Source: Diadema antillarum (Eukaryota). From it: a DNA stretch of 64,000 nt. The notes below the pieces were generated by a model that saw nothing but the letters and a program-made list of their open reading frames with translations, searched no databases and had not been told where the DNA came from. How positions within the stretch are numbered: the first letter of the stretch is position 1; every line of letters begins with the position of its first letter. Shown here one piece after another: positions 24,801 to 36,400 of the stretch. The stretch is from contig NW_027271528.1 of NCBI RefSeq assembly GCF_040938485.1, forward strand, positions 1,488,001-1,552,000. Direction: 5' to 3'. The translations under genes were made by a program, and so were the position numbers.

Positions 24801-26705
24801 GTGATCTCAACTCATTATGAATGTGTGTCAATTTGTTTCTACTAAACATCCACTACTTTAACACAGAAATCATGTTACACAATCTAATGCTTGACAGTAT
24901 CAGTACATTGTTCTTCTGTACTTCTGTAACAACACTTGTGAGAATATAACTCATTAACCACAACTGCCTACAGCGACAGCAAAAAGGTATAATACACTGT
25001 ACATCCCTACCATTCCGCTATACATCCATTCCATACTTCTAAGGCACAAGCACATACTGCTTACAGAATGAGAGAGAAAGAGAGAGAGAGAGGAGAGGGA
25101 GAGGAAAGGGAGAAGAGAGAGGGGAGAGAAAGAGGAGAGAGAGAGAGAGACCAGTGTGCATGGGGCATCGCTGGCTTCTTCTTTGTCTACTCCCATTTGT
25201 CTACAGAGATTTGGCAAATCAAATCCTGCTCTGTAAATATTCCTTACAATCTACTCATTCACTAACATGATCACACACATCATCATAAGCTATAAAACAT
25301 TGTAAAGAAGTTAGTTTCTTACCAAATTCGGGCCTGTTGTTTTCCCACAAAACTTGAACAAACTTGTTAGACTGCTGCAACTTCGCAAGCTTTCACTGGA
25401 ACTCTGAATACTGTCACTAAACAGCTTGCCACTTCCACCCATAATACTGTATACATGTACAACACACAAAGCCCTATTGCTGTACGAAGTGAATGGTGGA
25501 TTGTTAATACTTTCTCTAAAAGTAAAACAAGGGGGTAATTGTTCAATGTTTACATTAGCCTCCTGGGGTAGGGGTCTTATCTTTCATTGAACACATGTAG
25601 TCTGCAAATTTAGACCTGTTTAACACTTACTAGTTTTCAATCCTAGACCCATTTTGTAGGACAAAATTATACCAAATTCTCACTGCACACTGCTGCAGTG
25701 ACAACAAGCACATAGAAAATTTGACGAAAATAACTAGCCACTGTGATCAACCGTTAGACGGTTTCGAAATGATCCCACAGATGGTGCTGAAACAATTTCT
25801 GACGACAGGGAATTCCAGTTCCTTACAGTTCTTGGGAAGAATGAATGGCGATGCGATTCAGTTCTCGAATATGGTACCCGATAGGACTAGGAGTGTGGTT
25901 GCGAGGCTCTCGTCAACTGAGTAGCCTGTTTGATAATATAGTCCTGTGCTGAAAGAGGAGTAAGATTATTGTGTATTTTGAACATCATAATGAGCCTGTC
26001 ATTTTTTCTGCGCTGTTCCAGAGTGGTCCAATCAAGTTCTTGTAGCATTTTGGTGACACTCATTTTGATTTCCACAACATAGCATCTTTCGTCCTCCCTT
26101 TCTTCTCGGAAGGACTCCCTAACGTCCCTCGACTAATTTAACGGCCAATTTAACCATAAATACAACCCTACCTAACCCTACCATAAACCTAACCCTATCC
26201 CTACGAACTACATGTACCCTTGTTTGCTATTATTAACGCACGGGTGCACGCGCACTGTAGTGGGGCCTACAATTTCACCATTTTGCCCATAATAAGGAAC
26301 TCTTTCCAAATTTTTAGTCAATCTTAAAATTAAGTTGGACTTCGTGAAACACCCCCACAGCCCAGGCCCAGGCCCCTCATCCCCAGCACCCCGCTTTGCC
26401 CTTGGTCTTTTTGGCTTTGGACATTTTACTTAGAGTGTAATAGGCCCTGTGCTGTAGGCTGTAATGTAAAATTTAATAGATGCTGAATAAGCCTAACGAC
26501 TAGACTACACGTTAAATTTACTTGCCTACTCTAACGCTACACTACACTACAGTACAGTTTGTCCATTTTTAACTGCGACAAGCCAGCTCAGCACTAAACT
26601 GGTAATTCTCTTTCTGGCTGGAACACTAAACATGAATTATGAATTACATCAACACGCGGAATACTCACCAATAATGTTTGGGACGTACAAGAAAACAGAT
26701 GTCAT
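15854..26705 (-). CDS. CDP-alcohol phosphatidyltransferase class I, phosphatidylinositol-synthase-like, 198 aa, 7 exons, complete
   Basis: Exons (-): 26669-26705, 22687-22785, 21787-21842, 21180-21236, 20029-20149, 17294-17466, 15854-15907. All introns are GT-AG, phases join, total 597 nt. Protein MTSVFLYVPNIIGYVRLLL..DGVDGAVARKLKQTSAFGAWFDVVIDNLGRG..EKNFKTLPGTFAILGLFVLPLWLY..KENEK* carries the full D-x2-DG-x2-AR-x8-G-x3-D-x3-D signature and a PIS-like VPN-x-IGY-x-R start. Confidence 0.92.
16629..17193. mobile_element. ~565-bp MITE with long TIRs, TTAA-type flanks (Kolobok-like non-autonomous family), copy 1
   Basis: TTAA|AGGAAATCAAAACC..GCAGCAATATTAGTAGAACACAT is mirrored at the right end. 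Same family as 30447-31013 and 54918-55476. Confidence 0.8.
17661..18087. mobile_element. HINE/DINE-like (Helentron-associated) non-autonomous element
   Basis: Begins ttattacctccgccaagggaggaggttatgtttt, contains a (GTTT)n tract, and ends ttggaagaggtccacgctctccgaaagcttttctagt. Confidence 0.55.
18418..19612 (+). mobile_element. Pearl/HINE-like modular element: subterminal inverted repeats, (TGACCTT)n cores, (GACG)n microsatellite, 3' hairpin
   Basis: 5' GTCGC-tatg-GCGAC hairpin, and ATGCCTCCGCC at ~18448 mirrored by GGCGGAGGCAT at ~19557. Internal ttgacctt arrays, (gacg)n at ~19470-19520, and a duplicated 3' hairpin. Confidence 0.7.
21570..21674. mobile_element. ~100-bp TTAA-flanked mini-element (piggyBac-like ends); second copy at 56801-56886 in opposite orientation
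   Basis: Shared core AACAC..ATTTCCCATAGA..GCCCGAGTA-ACTCGGGACT and a TCAACGGG|TTAA terminus in both copies. Confidence 0.6.
21893..22010. repeat. (ATR)n degenerate trinucleotide microsatellite
   Basis: gataataatgataataat.. tract in intron 2 of the - strand gene. Confidence 0.85.
25068..25150. repeat. (GA)-rich microsatellite
   Basis: Purine-only gagagaaagagagagagg.. tract. Confidence 0.9.
25734..26075 (-). mobile_element. 5'-truncated LINE (CR1/L2-group) ORF2 C-terminal remnant
   Basis: SVTKMLQELDWTTLEQRRKNDRLIMMFKIHNNL..*SYRVPYSRTESHRHSFFPRTVRNWNSLSSEIVSAPSVGSFRNRL is a typical post-RT C-terminus with an internal stop. Confidence 0.8.
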
Positions 26706-27484
26706 TTTTAACCCAACTGCCGCGTTATGATGATAATGATGTACACGCACATGTACTCTAGCTCTATGCACGTATACTGTATGGATCCCCGGATCCCCTA
26801 CTGTGTATGCACATACTGCTAGCTTCGTAAACAAACTTGCAGACTTTGTATACCGCCCTCATTCGATCGCTGCGCTTTACGCTTGTACGATCCACGATCC
26901 ACGATCATACCATAGGGCACGTCAAATCTCTCTGCGAAGAGGGCGACCGGTCGGGCCGGGGTTCGCTGGCACGGCACGGATATCCGGATGGCGTGTACTC
27001 TAGCCAGCTGCGCAGCTAGCAGTAGCGCCAGCGCAGCTTTGTACTGTACATTTATGTGTGATGATGTTTATTCCTGCGCTGATACACACAGCTAGCTGTC
27101 TGCTTCATTCAGCTCAGCCACGCTGGAAGTATCTACAAGCTCTGTAGACCAGCAACAGAAATAAGTTTCATAATTATTTACCGCTGTGATAATTTAAGTA
27201 AACTGAAAAGTGGGAACTGATTGCAATGCCTTTTGTCAAGGATCTCAGATTTGTGATTTCTATACCATTTTGCAACACATTTGGAATCAGCTCGGCTTCC
27301 TGGAATCTCGCCACGGCGCGGCACTGCTGCTAGTGCTAGTGGATGCTGTTGTAAGCACTCGTCAGTAACTTACCTTGTGTATACTATTGTGCAAAACCTT
27401 CGACGTGATTGCCAAAAAAATACCGAGCCACTAATGTGAATGTCTATTAAAATCTAACTAATTTTCGGAAAACATTGATTCTTC
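26706..27484. promoter_or_regulatory. Probable bidirectional promoter between head-to-head genes
   Basis: 779 bp separate the divergent ATGs (26705 on -, 27485 on +). CpG-rich patches at ~26850-27030 and ~27290-27420, and a perfect palindrome AGCTGCGCAGCT at 27006-27017. Confidence 0.65.
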
Positions 27485-30400
27485 ATGGTTATTCAATGCC
27501 TGTTCTTCATCATGGAGGAGAAAAATCTCCCTAAATTGGGTGTTTTTATCCTTTGTCTGGCTCACACCTCCATCGTGTCTTGCTCAGCGCTTTCGTTACC
27601 GGAACCATGGAAGAGCCTCCCCGGACTTTCGGGCGACGAAATGTCCTATGTTCGGTCCCGATTCGAACGCGCCTCGTCCTCAGCTGCTACAGATATTGAC
27701 ACGACTTACTACCATAGCTACGACGATCTCACTAATCTTTTAGGCAAGTATGCTGTAGATTATCCTGACATCACACGTCTTTCGAGCATCGGTCAGAGTG
27801 TTAGAGGGAAGGAACTCTGGGTTATGCAGATCACAGATAACCCTGATATTGTAGAAAGTGAGGAACCGTGGTTCAAATATGTTGGAAACATGCATGGAAA
27901 TGAAGTAATCGGACGACAAATCTTGATTTACCTGATTGAGTATCTTCTTCAAAATTACGGAAAGGACAAGCGGGTCACACGACTTGTGAACAACACAAAC
28001 ATCTTCATCATGCCAACTATGAATCCGGACGGATTCGCCACTGCCACTGTGGGAGACTGCAATGGGGTGCATGGCCGATCAAACGCAAATAATGTGGATC
28101 TCAATCGCAACTTCCCGGACCAGTTCCACACACGAACAGGAGACAAATGGAAGGGCCGCCAGCCGGAGACAGAACTGATGATGAGGTGGATTGAGGACAA
28201 CCCGTTTGTACTGTCTGCGAACCTGCACGGGGGGAGCCTGGTGGCTAGCTACCCCTTTGACGATTCCCGACCGGGCCGCGGCCGCACACAGGCAAAGTAC
28301 AGCAAGTCTCCAGACGACACCCTGTTCCAGGAACTGGCCAGAACGTACGCAAACAACCACCGTACAATGCATAGCACGACTGGTTGTCCCGGCTATGCCA
28401 ATGAAGCATTTCCTGGTGGGATCACCAATGGAGCAGCGTGGTATGATGTTCCAGGTAAAGGCAACATCCAGAGTTTTATATAGTCATCATAATATAGCAG
28501 ATAATGTGGGGTTTCCCATATGATGTAAGTTTTTCCAGATTTAACGATAAATTAAGTACACATCATAGTTCTAGATGCATTCAGTCTAAACCTCAGTGCT
28601 ATAAATGAAACTTCATGAGAGAACTTTGTTTTCTTTGAGATGAAATGGTTTGAAAGAAAGTGTACAAGGGATAAAGATTTCGTAAACTTTTAATCAGATG
28701 GACACGAAGCCTACTTATGAAGTACATGTACAGTATGTGTGGTTTGAATAGAGTTGAATTCTTGCAGGCCACTTTTTGCATATGAGTGGAAATCAATGTA
28801 AATTGAGTGAATGTAGACCTATGATAGCATCTATGACTCCTCATACAGCTGTATGATGTGCTCAATCAGGTGATGACATTTAGGGAATTCTTGGGTATAT
28901 CCCACCAAATGATACTCTACAAGATAAAATGTGAAGTGTTTCACTCTTGTTTCTGTGTCATTAACAAATTAAGGTAAGTATTGATAGAAATGATAGGCTT
29001 TGGAATATCCCATGTTTCTTGTCATTCATTCCATTATGTTCATTTTCCAGGAGGGATGCAGGACTTTAATTACCTCAACAGCAACTGTTTTGAAATCACA
29101 GTGGAGTTATCATGCTGCAAGTATCCCGTGGTTGCACAGCTTGCCCCAGAGTGGCGTAACAACAGGGAAGCCCTCATAGCATACATGGAAAAGGTGAGAA
29201 TTTTCCAGTCTCACATTAATTGAGGCAAATTAATAGACATCATGACTAAACACTTTCTTGGTTTTAAACTTCAATGTACAAAGCAGTCACTAAACTTTAA
29301 TGTGCCCTTTGATACACTTTTATAGATTTTCATTGAAACTTGCCAAGCTGTGAAAGTGGCATTTGCAGAATGATGTGTGCTACACCTTTACATGTTTTAT
29401 TGACCAACTTGATCATTGAGCTCAAATGAAATGCCTTTTGTTTTGTTTTGTTTTGTTTCTTGTTTATCATCATCATATAGTGTAATCTTCAACAAGACAA
29501 GGAAGATGTTGTGATACGTGTGTGCACAGTGTGTTCAAGGCAAGGGTAATATGTGCACTGGACATGCACCATTGCCCACATTCATGTTTTGATGCTTTTT
29601 CTACGTGAGCAACCTCGTCCGTGTTGTTGTGTACGATGGTTTCACCAGCTGCTGTGCCAGCTGATACTGAATGAGTTTCTTGATGACATATCCCCCTGTC
29701 TGGGCATCATGTGCTGTTTCTGACTGAATTATCAGCAAACCTCAACAGCCCCAAACTATCCTTCACTCAGTCATCAAAGGCAAAGCCTTCCAGACAGTGT
29801 CACGGCTAACAAACATTTAGGTTTTCAAAAGTTAAAGGATCGCAAAATCCCTCCCCCCCCCCCCCCCCCCCCCCATGCTATGACAATTGCTGATCACTGC
29901 CAGCCATGGAAGATAGGACACTGACAACTTGTCATGCTGAGTGGCCAATGATAAGAAGAAAAAAAAAAAGATACTGCCACTGATGATATCTATACTAAGG
30001 GAATACAGCATTTTATTGTTTTGCTAAGGACCAATCTGAACTGAGAAATTGATCAGGATGAGGAAATATATTTACCGTAATTGACACCTAATATTGCTAG
30101 GGCTTGAAGCTTTAATACAGTCTCGTATGACAGTGCATGACCATACTGGAATTATATACTCAAGCATCAATTCTGAACAGCACCGAAACAAGACTCTGTT
30201 ATACGTAATGTGCATCCTTTTTCAATGACACCATAAAGCCATGGTGCAGAAGCTTTTTCTTTGCAGATTTAACCCTCGGCCTCTGTATGCTTTGAGTGCA
30301 GATTAGCACAGAATACCCTATTCATTAAAACACACTCCCTAAAGTTCCTTGTACATAAATGGTTATGGCAGTGCCACTTCCTGGCTCATCATTTCCTGTC

Positions 30401-33400
30401 TTTTGTCCTTCCAGCTCTTCTTTCAGTCTTAAAGTTCCTACTTTAAGACAGGCTCACCTTCATAAACATAAGGATTGAGAAAATGCAGCAATATTAGTAG
30501 AACATATCAGTGAAAGTTTGAGGAAAATTGGACAATCGATGCAAAAGTTATGAATTTTTAAAATTGTTGTGTTGGAACCGCTGGATGAGGAGACTACTAC
30601 AGCTTGTGAGTCATATGCGTACAACAGAATAAAGAAAATGTAAAGAAAATTCAACATATTTTCATTTTTTTCGCATGATAAAAGACCTCTTGACTTGCCT
30701 CTTTCTAAAGGCAGGGGGAATAATATTACCCATAACATATGTCGGTAACGAGTCAAGGGAATGTGTACTTTTTTTCAAAAGATGAAATTTTGTGAAATTC
30801 TCTTTATATTTTCCTTATATTGTTGTACGCATGTGACATATACGTTATTCATACACTGCAGTAGTCTTCTCATCCAGCGGTTACTGCACAAAAACTTCAA
30901 AAAATCATAACTTTTGAACGGATTGTCCGATTTTCCTTAAACTTTCAATGATGTGTTCTACTAATATTGCTACATTCTCTCAATCCTTATGTTTATGAAG
31001 GTGAACTTGTCCTTTAAGGATGTCTTTACCATGGGCATCCTGGTTGCCTATATACTATCAGTGACTAAATATCAAGATGTTAGTTCTGAGAGAGTGAGTG
31101 AATACAAGTTTAGCTGGACAGGTTCACACGCGTGTGCACACACACACTGAACAGAAGTCTGTGGACAGGCTACAACAAAGTAACTTATAAATGTTAACTC
31201 CCCCTCCCCCTTCAAATTAGGAAAGCAGTCCTGTACACTAGTTTCATGGCATGTAAAGTTAATGTCAGTGTTAATGTTGATAACTTAATGTCTACTGTAC
31301 AGTGTTGGAATCATGGAGGCAGAGAAGTGAAGTAAATTCTCTACACTTTATGATGATAAAGAATAAAAAAAAAAGATATTGATTGTAAAGATGTTTAAAA
31401 TTTCTATTGAAATTTTACTGTTGTTGAGGTACAAATCCCAAGCAAGTCATGGAGGGATGTCTTGTAGACTGAAATGTGAAGGTAGTGACTTGGCAATCAT
31501 TCAAACAGAGTATAGATCAACAGGGTCAAGTTGACCATTTCCACCACACTTCCAATGAAGGCAAAGTTGATACAATCATATAAAATTGATTGTAGCTCTT
31601 CTCCCAAAGTGTTAAATAAATAAAATCAGATAAACCTGCCTCTTTGCATCATGTCCAAGGAAAACAATCCTACTTTGAAACTTAATGATATTTAAAATTT
31701 TTAAGTTATGATGTTATGGTCTATTTTGTTTGTCTTTAATTTCTTTCCAGCAAATTGAGAAGATTGCAAATCATTTGGTGTACATCACTACAATGTACAA
31801 ACTGTATCATAAAATGGAATTTGGCCATAATAACTGATCTGTAGTTAAATAGAGAAATACATGTGTATGTACCGTAGTTCACTATGAAGTACAACTTCCC
31901 ATTTATGATACATGGCAGCACTAATGCATTGGTTTTCTGAAATGAATAGGGTCTTCCTGTCAGGCAAAACCAAAGGAATCAAAGAAAATTAGTCCTGATG
32001 AAATTCCTTTTATTTCCCATTATGTTGCACATAATGTACTTGTGAATATACCAAACCTCCTCTTCATTAGGCGTTTTCACATCAGCCCGATAAAAATCCA
32101 AGCTCGGGATATTTTCCTATTTCCCAAGTCAGAAAATAGCGCACTATTTCGAAACATTGGGCTGATGTGAAAACGCCTATTGAGACAATGGAACAATATT
32201 TTTTGCCCATCTGTATTCTTGATGGTGTCATGAAAATGCAGTAAGTTAGATTGATCAAGACTGTGAGCATCCCTCTTGCTTTATGGTGCAAATGTCGTGT
32301 TTTTCTTCCAAGACAGAGAAAAAAAAATGTCACCTTCAAGTTTGCCAGTGTTGCAGTAAAACCAAGTTTTTATGCTGAGACTACACTTGGTGATGATGAT
32401 ATAGTTGTCATATCAAATTTGAATACATATTGTACAATCTATAAAAGTAACATACTGTAATTAACCTAAAACACTCCTGGCATGAAACTTTTGCAAAGTG
32501 CCGCTGGAATTCAGTACGATGTGAAGACAATCACTTGAGCAAATCTTGACTATGCACGAAATTTTGAATAAGTTTCATGCTTGTTAAAAATTCTGGTTTT
32601 ACAGTATTATATATGTTAATGTGTACAATTGTATAAAATGGATAATTTTTCCAACAACATACAGCATGTACAGTACTTCACAATTGTGTGATTAAAGTAC
32701 AATTTGCCTTCATTAAGGGTTTTCATTGTTTGGATAAAATAGTTCCTTCTTTTCCATCCTAAGTGCTACAGGAATTTTGCATTGATCCTGAGGATTCTTG
32801 AGACAAAGTCAATGTGTTTGACCTTTAAAAGATTGTTTGTAAGGCAGCCAGTTGCTTTGGGCTAATTCCTTTGTTTGCTCACATTATATACAGCTGTTCA
32901 TGCTGCTAATATTGCAAAATCATTGATAGTCTTCCTTTCAGATACAGTCACATTTTTTTCAACGTATGAATTTTACAAATTATGTTGAAATTTGAAGTAT
33001 TTGTACTTTCTTCAACTTTTATAAACCTTTATTTTGAATGAGGTGCAATTGTAGATGAGTGCAAAGTAAATTGGCTTTAAAATTTATCTTTGCTCCATTC
33101 TTTCAGAGCGGTGGAATCAGAATAGAGCCAGGGGGTGGCGGGGCATCCATGATGAAAGTACCATGCACCCTTGGTGCAGTAGAGGTTCTGATTGCATTGC
33201 TTTAATGTTAGGTAAAGAATGTTTAACTGTTATACTAACCTTTGTCATTTGAGTTAGACTCTTGTCCTGCCATCAGCAACTTTGTGTCATACACTGCATC
33301 AGATTTTACTGGTATTTTATAAAGGAGATGTTTAGGGTTAATTGCCGAAACTTCACTGAAGACACAAACCTGTGCATGGCTCTGCAGTCCCTCATCTTAT

Positions 33401-36400
33401 GTAAATGTCACCCACAATCTTGAATTTATTCTAACCTCAAGATGTTGACTAGGGCACAGCAGTTGTTTGCAAGTTGATATCAAATGTGGAGTCAATCGTT
33501 GAGAGTTCTGCATATATTGGCTGAAGGACTTCAGCACAAAAATACTCTCTGAAGTGTGATTCTCTTTGATTCTAGCTGGTACATTTTCCTTCGTCAAGCT
33601 CGTTTTTTGTATGCTTTTTGTTCAAAATAGTTGGAAAAGTGATTACTTTATTTCTTCACAGCATTTGCACTGCTGATTGACAATTACTTTGAGCAGATCA
33701 CAGCACACTAAGTGTGAGAGGGAATGTTGAGAAATGGCAATTTTACTGACATCTTTAAATTCTTATCGCAGCCAGTTTTCATGCTTCTTCAGAGGAAGTG
33801 ACCAGTTAGTCGTGATTAATGTTTCTCAAAATTAAAGTGTTTTGGAAAAAAAAAAACCGTGGGCTTTCGCAGATTTATTCCAAATCAGACAGTTTTTTTT
33901 AGTTTGTCTAAAGATTGACAGCATGAAAGCATTTCTCTCCTGCCCTGTAGAGATGTAGGATTTCATAGAGTACTCGAGACCAGACGTGCAAACCAAAGAT
34001 TACTGTACTTGGCAAAGATTGAAACTTTGACATCCAGTTGGAACACATATCACACGATATGATTGGTTTGGAGCTTGTTGCTGCAGATTAATGGAAGGAA
34101 GCACAAGTTCAGTGCCAGGGATGGATTATGTCTTCATAACATAATTCCATGATGATGAATCATTTTTTTCCATATAAATCAGACTTGGAATGTGTGCCTT
34201 ACTTCAGTTAAATGTAGTTTATCAAGACTGAATATAAACAGCTCAGTTCCCCCTTTTTGTCCAACTTTGATATCTTCATTAATTGATATTTTACCCTCGT
34301 TTTAAAATTGTAAATACTGTTTGTTAGTACTTCAAACTGAGATGCTCCTCTCCATCAACAATATACATGGAACTGAAATTCCTGGAGAATTTTCTTTTAT
34401 GCCAGCTGCTCATAAATTGGTGAGGATTCCTCTAAAGTCTTTATTGTGTTTTATCATGGTCTCATACATATTACATAAGTTTATATCAAGTATTCCTGTT
34501 TGGACTGGTGCTTTTGTGATTTCCTATTTCCAACCTTGTAATGAATGTTTCCCTCAATAGTTCACTGTTTGGAGGGAATGTTGTACTTTCTGTTTCATGA
34601 ATTATTTCATCATGGAATATTTGTTATCCGTCACAATATCACCATTTTTTTCATGGGATTTATGTGTCATAATTGTTTGAATTTGTAACATAATAAATAG
34701 GTATTTTCACAGCATTTTATCAATTTCTTACTGTGTCAAATACATGTGCTGTCAGTGAATGTTAAAGCAATAACAAAAGGTAATTAGAATTCCAATTGCA
34801 CATACTTTGGAATTTAGAGGATGATAATTGGTTAACCTTATTTATAAAGATATTAATTTGCTGGTAGCTGGATTTCCAGGGGAGCCACATGCTACCCTAT
34901 AATCTTGTGTGTTTAGAACTACTAGTGAACTATTGCAGTGTGCATTTCATGGCATAAGATCATTTAATTATCTTAAAAGTAGCACAATTAATGAGAACTC
35001 AATTACACCCAAAACGAGACACAAGGATAATGTCATCAGCTTCGGGGACGGGATGCCACAGTCGCTCAGTCGACTGCAAATGAGCTGATTAGCGCTGCCT
35101 CGTCAGAAGACGACAAGGGGGAAAATATCATGGAGATTCTTATCTGTCATCTGCTTCCTATTTGAGATGGCAATCGACTCGTCACGGCCGCTGACAGCGC
35201 CTCTCGGCTAAGTAGCAGGTGTGACTTCTGCAGTGTAGTGTGAAAGTTTGGGGGGGGGGGGGGAACAACCAATCACACAGCCATACATTGTACAATTTCC
35301 TTAGAAACCTTGAATCATCAAGGTCTAATGCTCATACATTTCTAGATTGTGATACTCTGTAGCATTTTTGACGGTTCAGAATCTCATCCATTGACTTGTG
35401 TGAATGAAATTGTGAATTTTGCCACTTTAATCACAGAAAAGTGTTGATTTACTTTTCTTTTCTTCTGTTTTATTTTGTTTGTACAAGTGAGAAAGGCTGC
35501 TGCTTCTGTTACAAATCTCATGACATTCTTGGCAATGCATTTTCCTACATTTATTTATTACCTAAGATTGAATGTGACAGGCCATTCAATAGACATTGAA
35601 CAGCAACAAATTTTATGCTCAGGTGAGATGGACCAGCAATGATGTTGACAAATATCTATAAAATTCAATGTAGATCATTGCGTAAACCCATTCATGTTCA
35701 CCGAGAAATATTAGGCTTCATGAGTATATTATGATGATATAGTAATACTAATGCTTATAAAACATTTCTTGAGAGCGTGGTTGTGTAGAAATGATAAAAA
35801 ACTTATTATCATGGAGGATGGGGGTCAAATCCATTTCTTCCTGAAGGTATGTGAAATCCAACAACGGATCTCTGCATTTTTTTTTTAAGGGGGGTGGGGG
35901 AGGAGATATGGAAGGGTGTGGTTTTCCCAACCATGAGGAGGTGAGAAAAGGAGAAAGGGGTAGCCTCCAGAATATTTGACAAAGTCTGAAAAATAGTTAA
36001 ACTACATATTAAGGAGCAGTCCATTTTCTTTTCTTCTTTTTTATGTCAGAGTGCAATATGTAAGGAAGCCAGGTAGTAAGATACCACTGGTTTACAACAG
36101 TCCGTATGGTCAGACAAATGTGGCCTGTTGAATTGCTCATTTAAAAAAAGAAAAATGGTATTTGTAATTTAGACCACACTATTTGTTTACCTGATGTATT
36201 TTGAGTGATACAATGGCTTACTCATTTCTCATCACAATGGATAATTTACAAAGTGGTTGTTGAAAGATTTATTGGCTTTGTGTTATGCAACAATGATTGA
36301 AGTATTGTGGGGAAGTTACCGGTAGTGCTCAGTATATTGCACCAGTGGTTTTCTGTACCTAAAGCTTTATGATTTTTGTATACGTGTACATTTTGAAGCA

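Noticed and set aside
23317-26317. 3-kb element defined by ~25-bp inverted repeats at 23317-23343 and 26293-26317
   Set aside because: No TSD or clean termini could be identified; the matches may be separate fragments of one repeat family.
15854-26705. Calling the gene CDIPT or CPES outright
   Set aside because: The family signature is clear, but orthology cannot be fixed without a phylogeny; the C-terminal half differs from canonical PIS.
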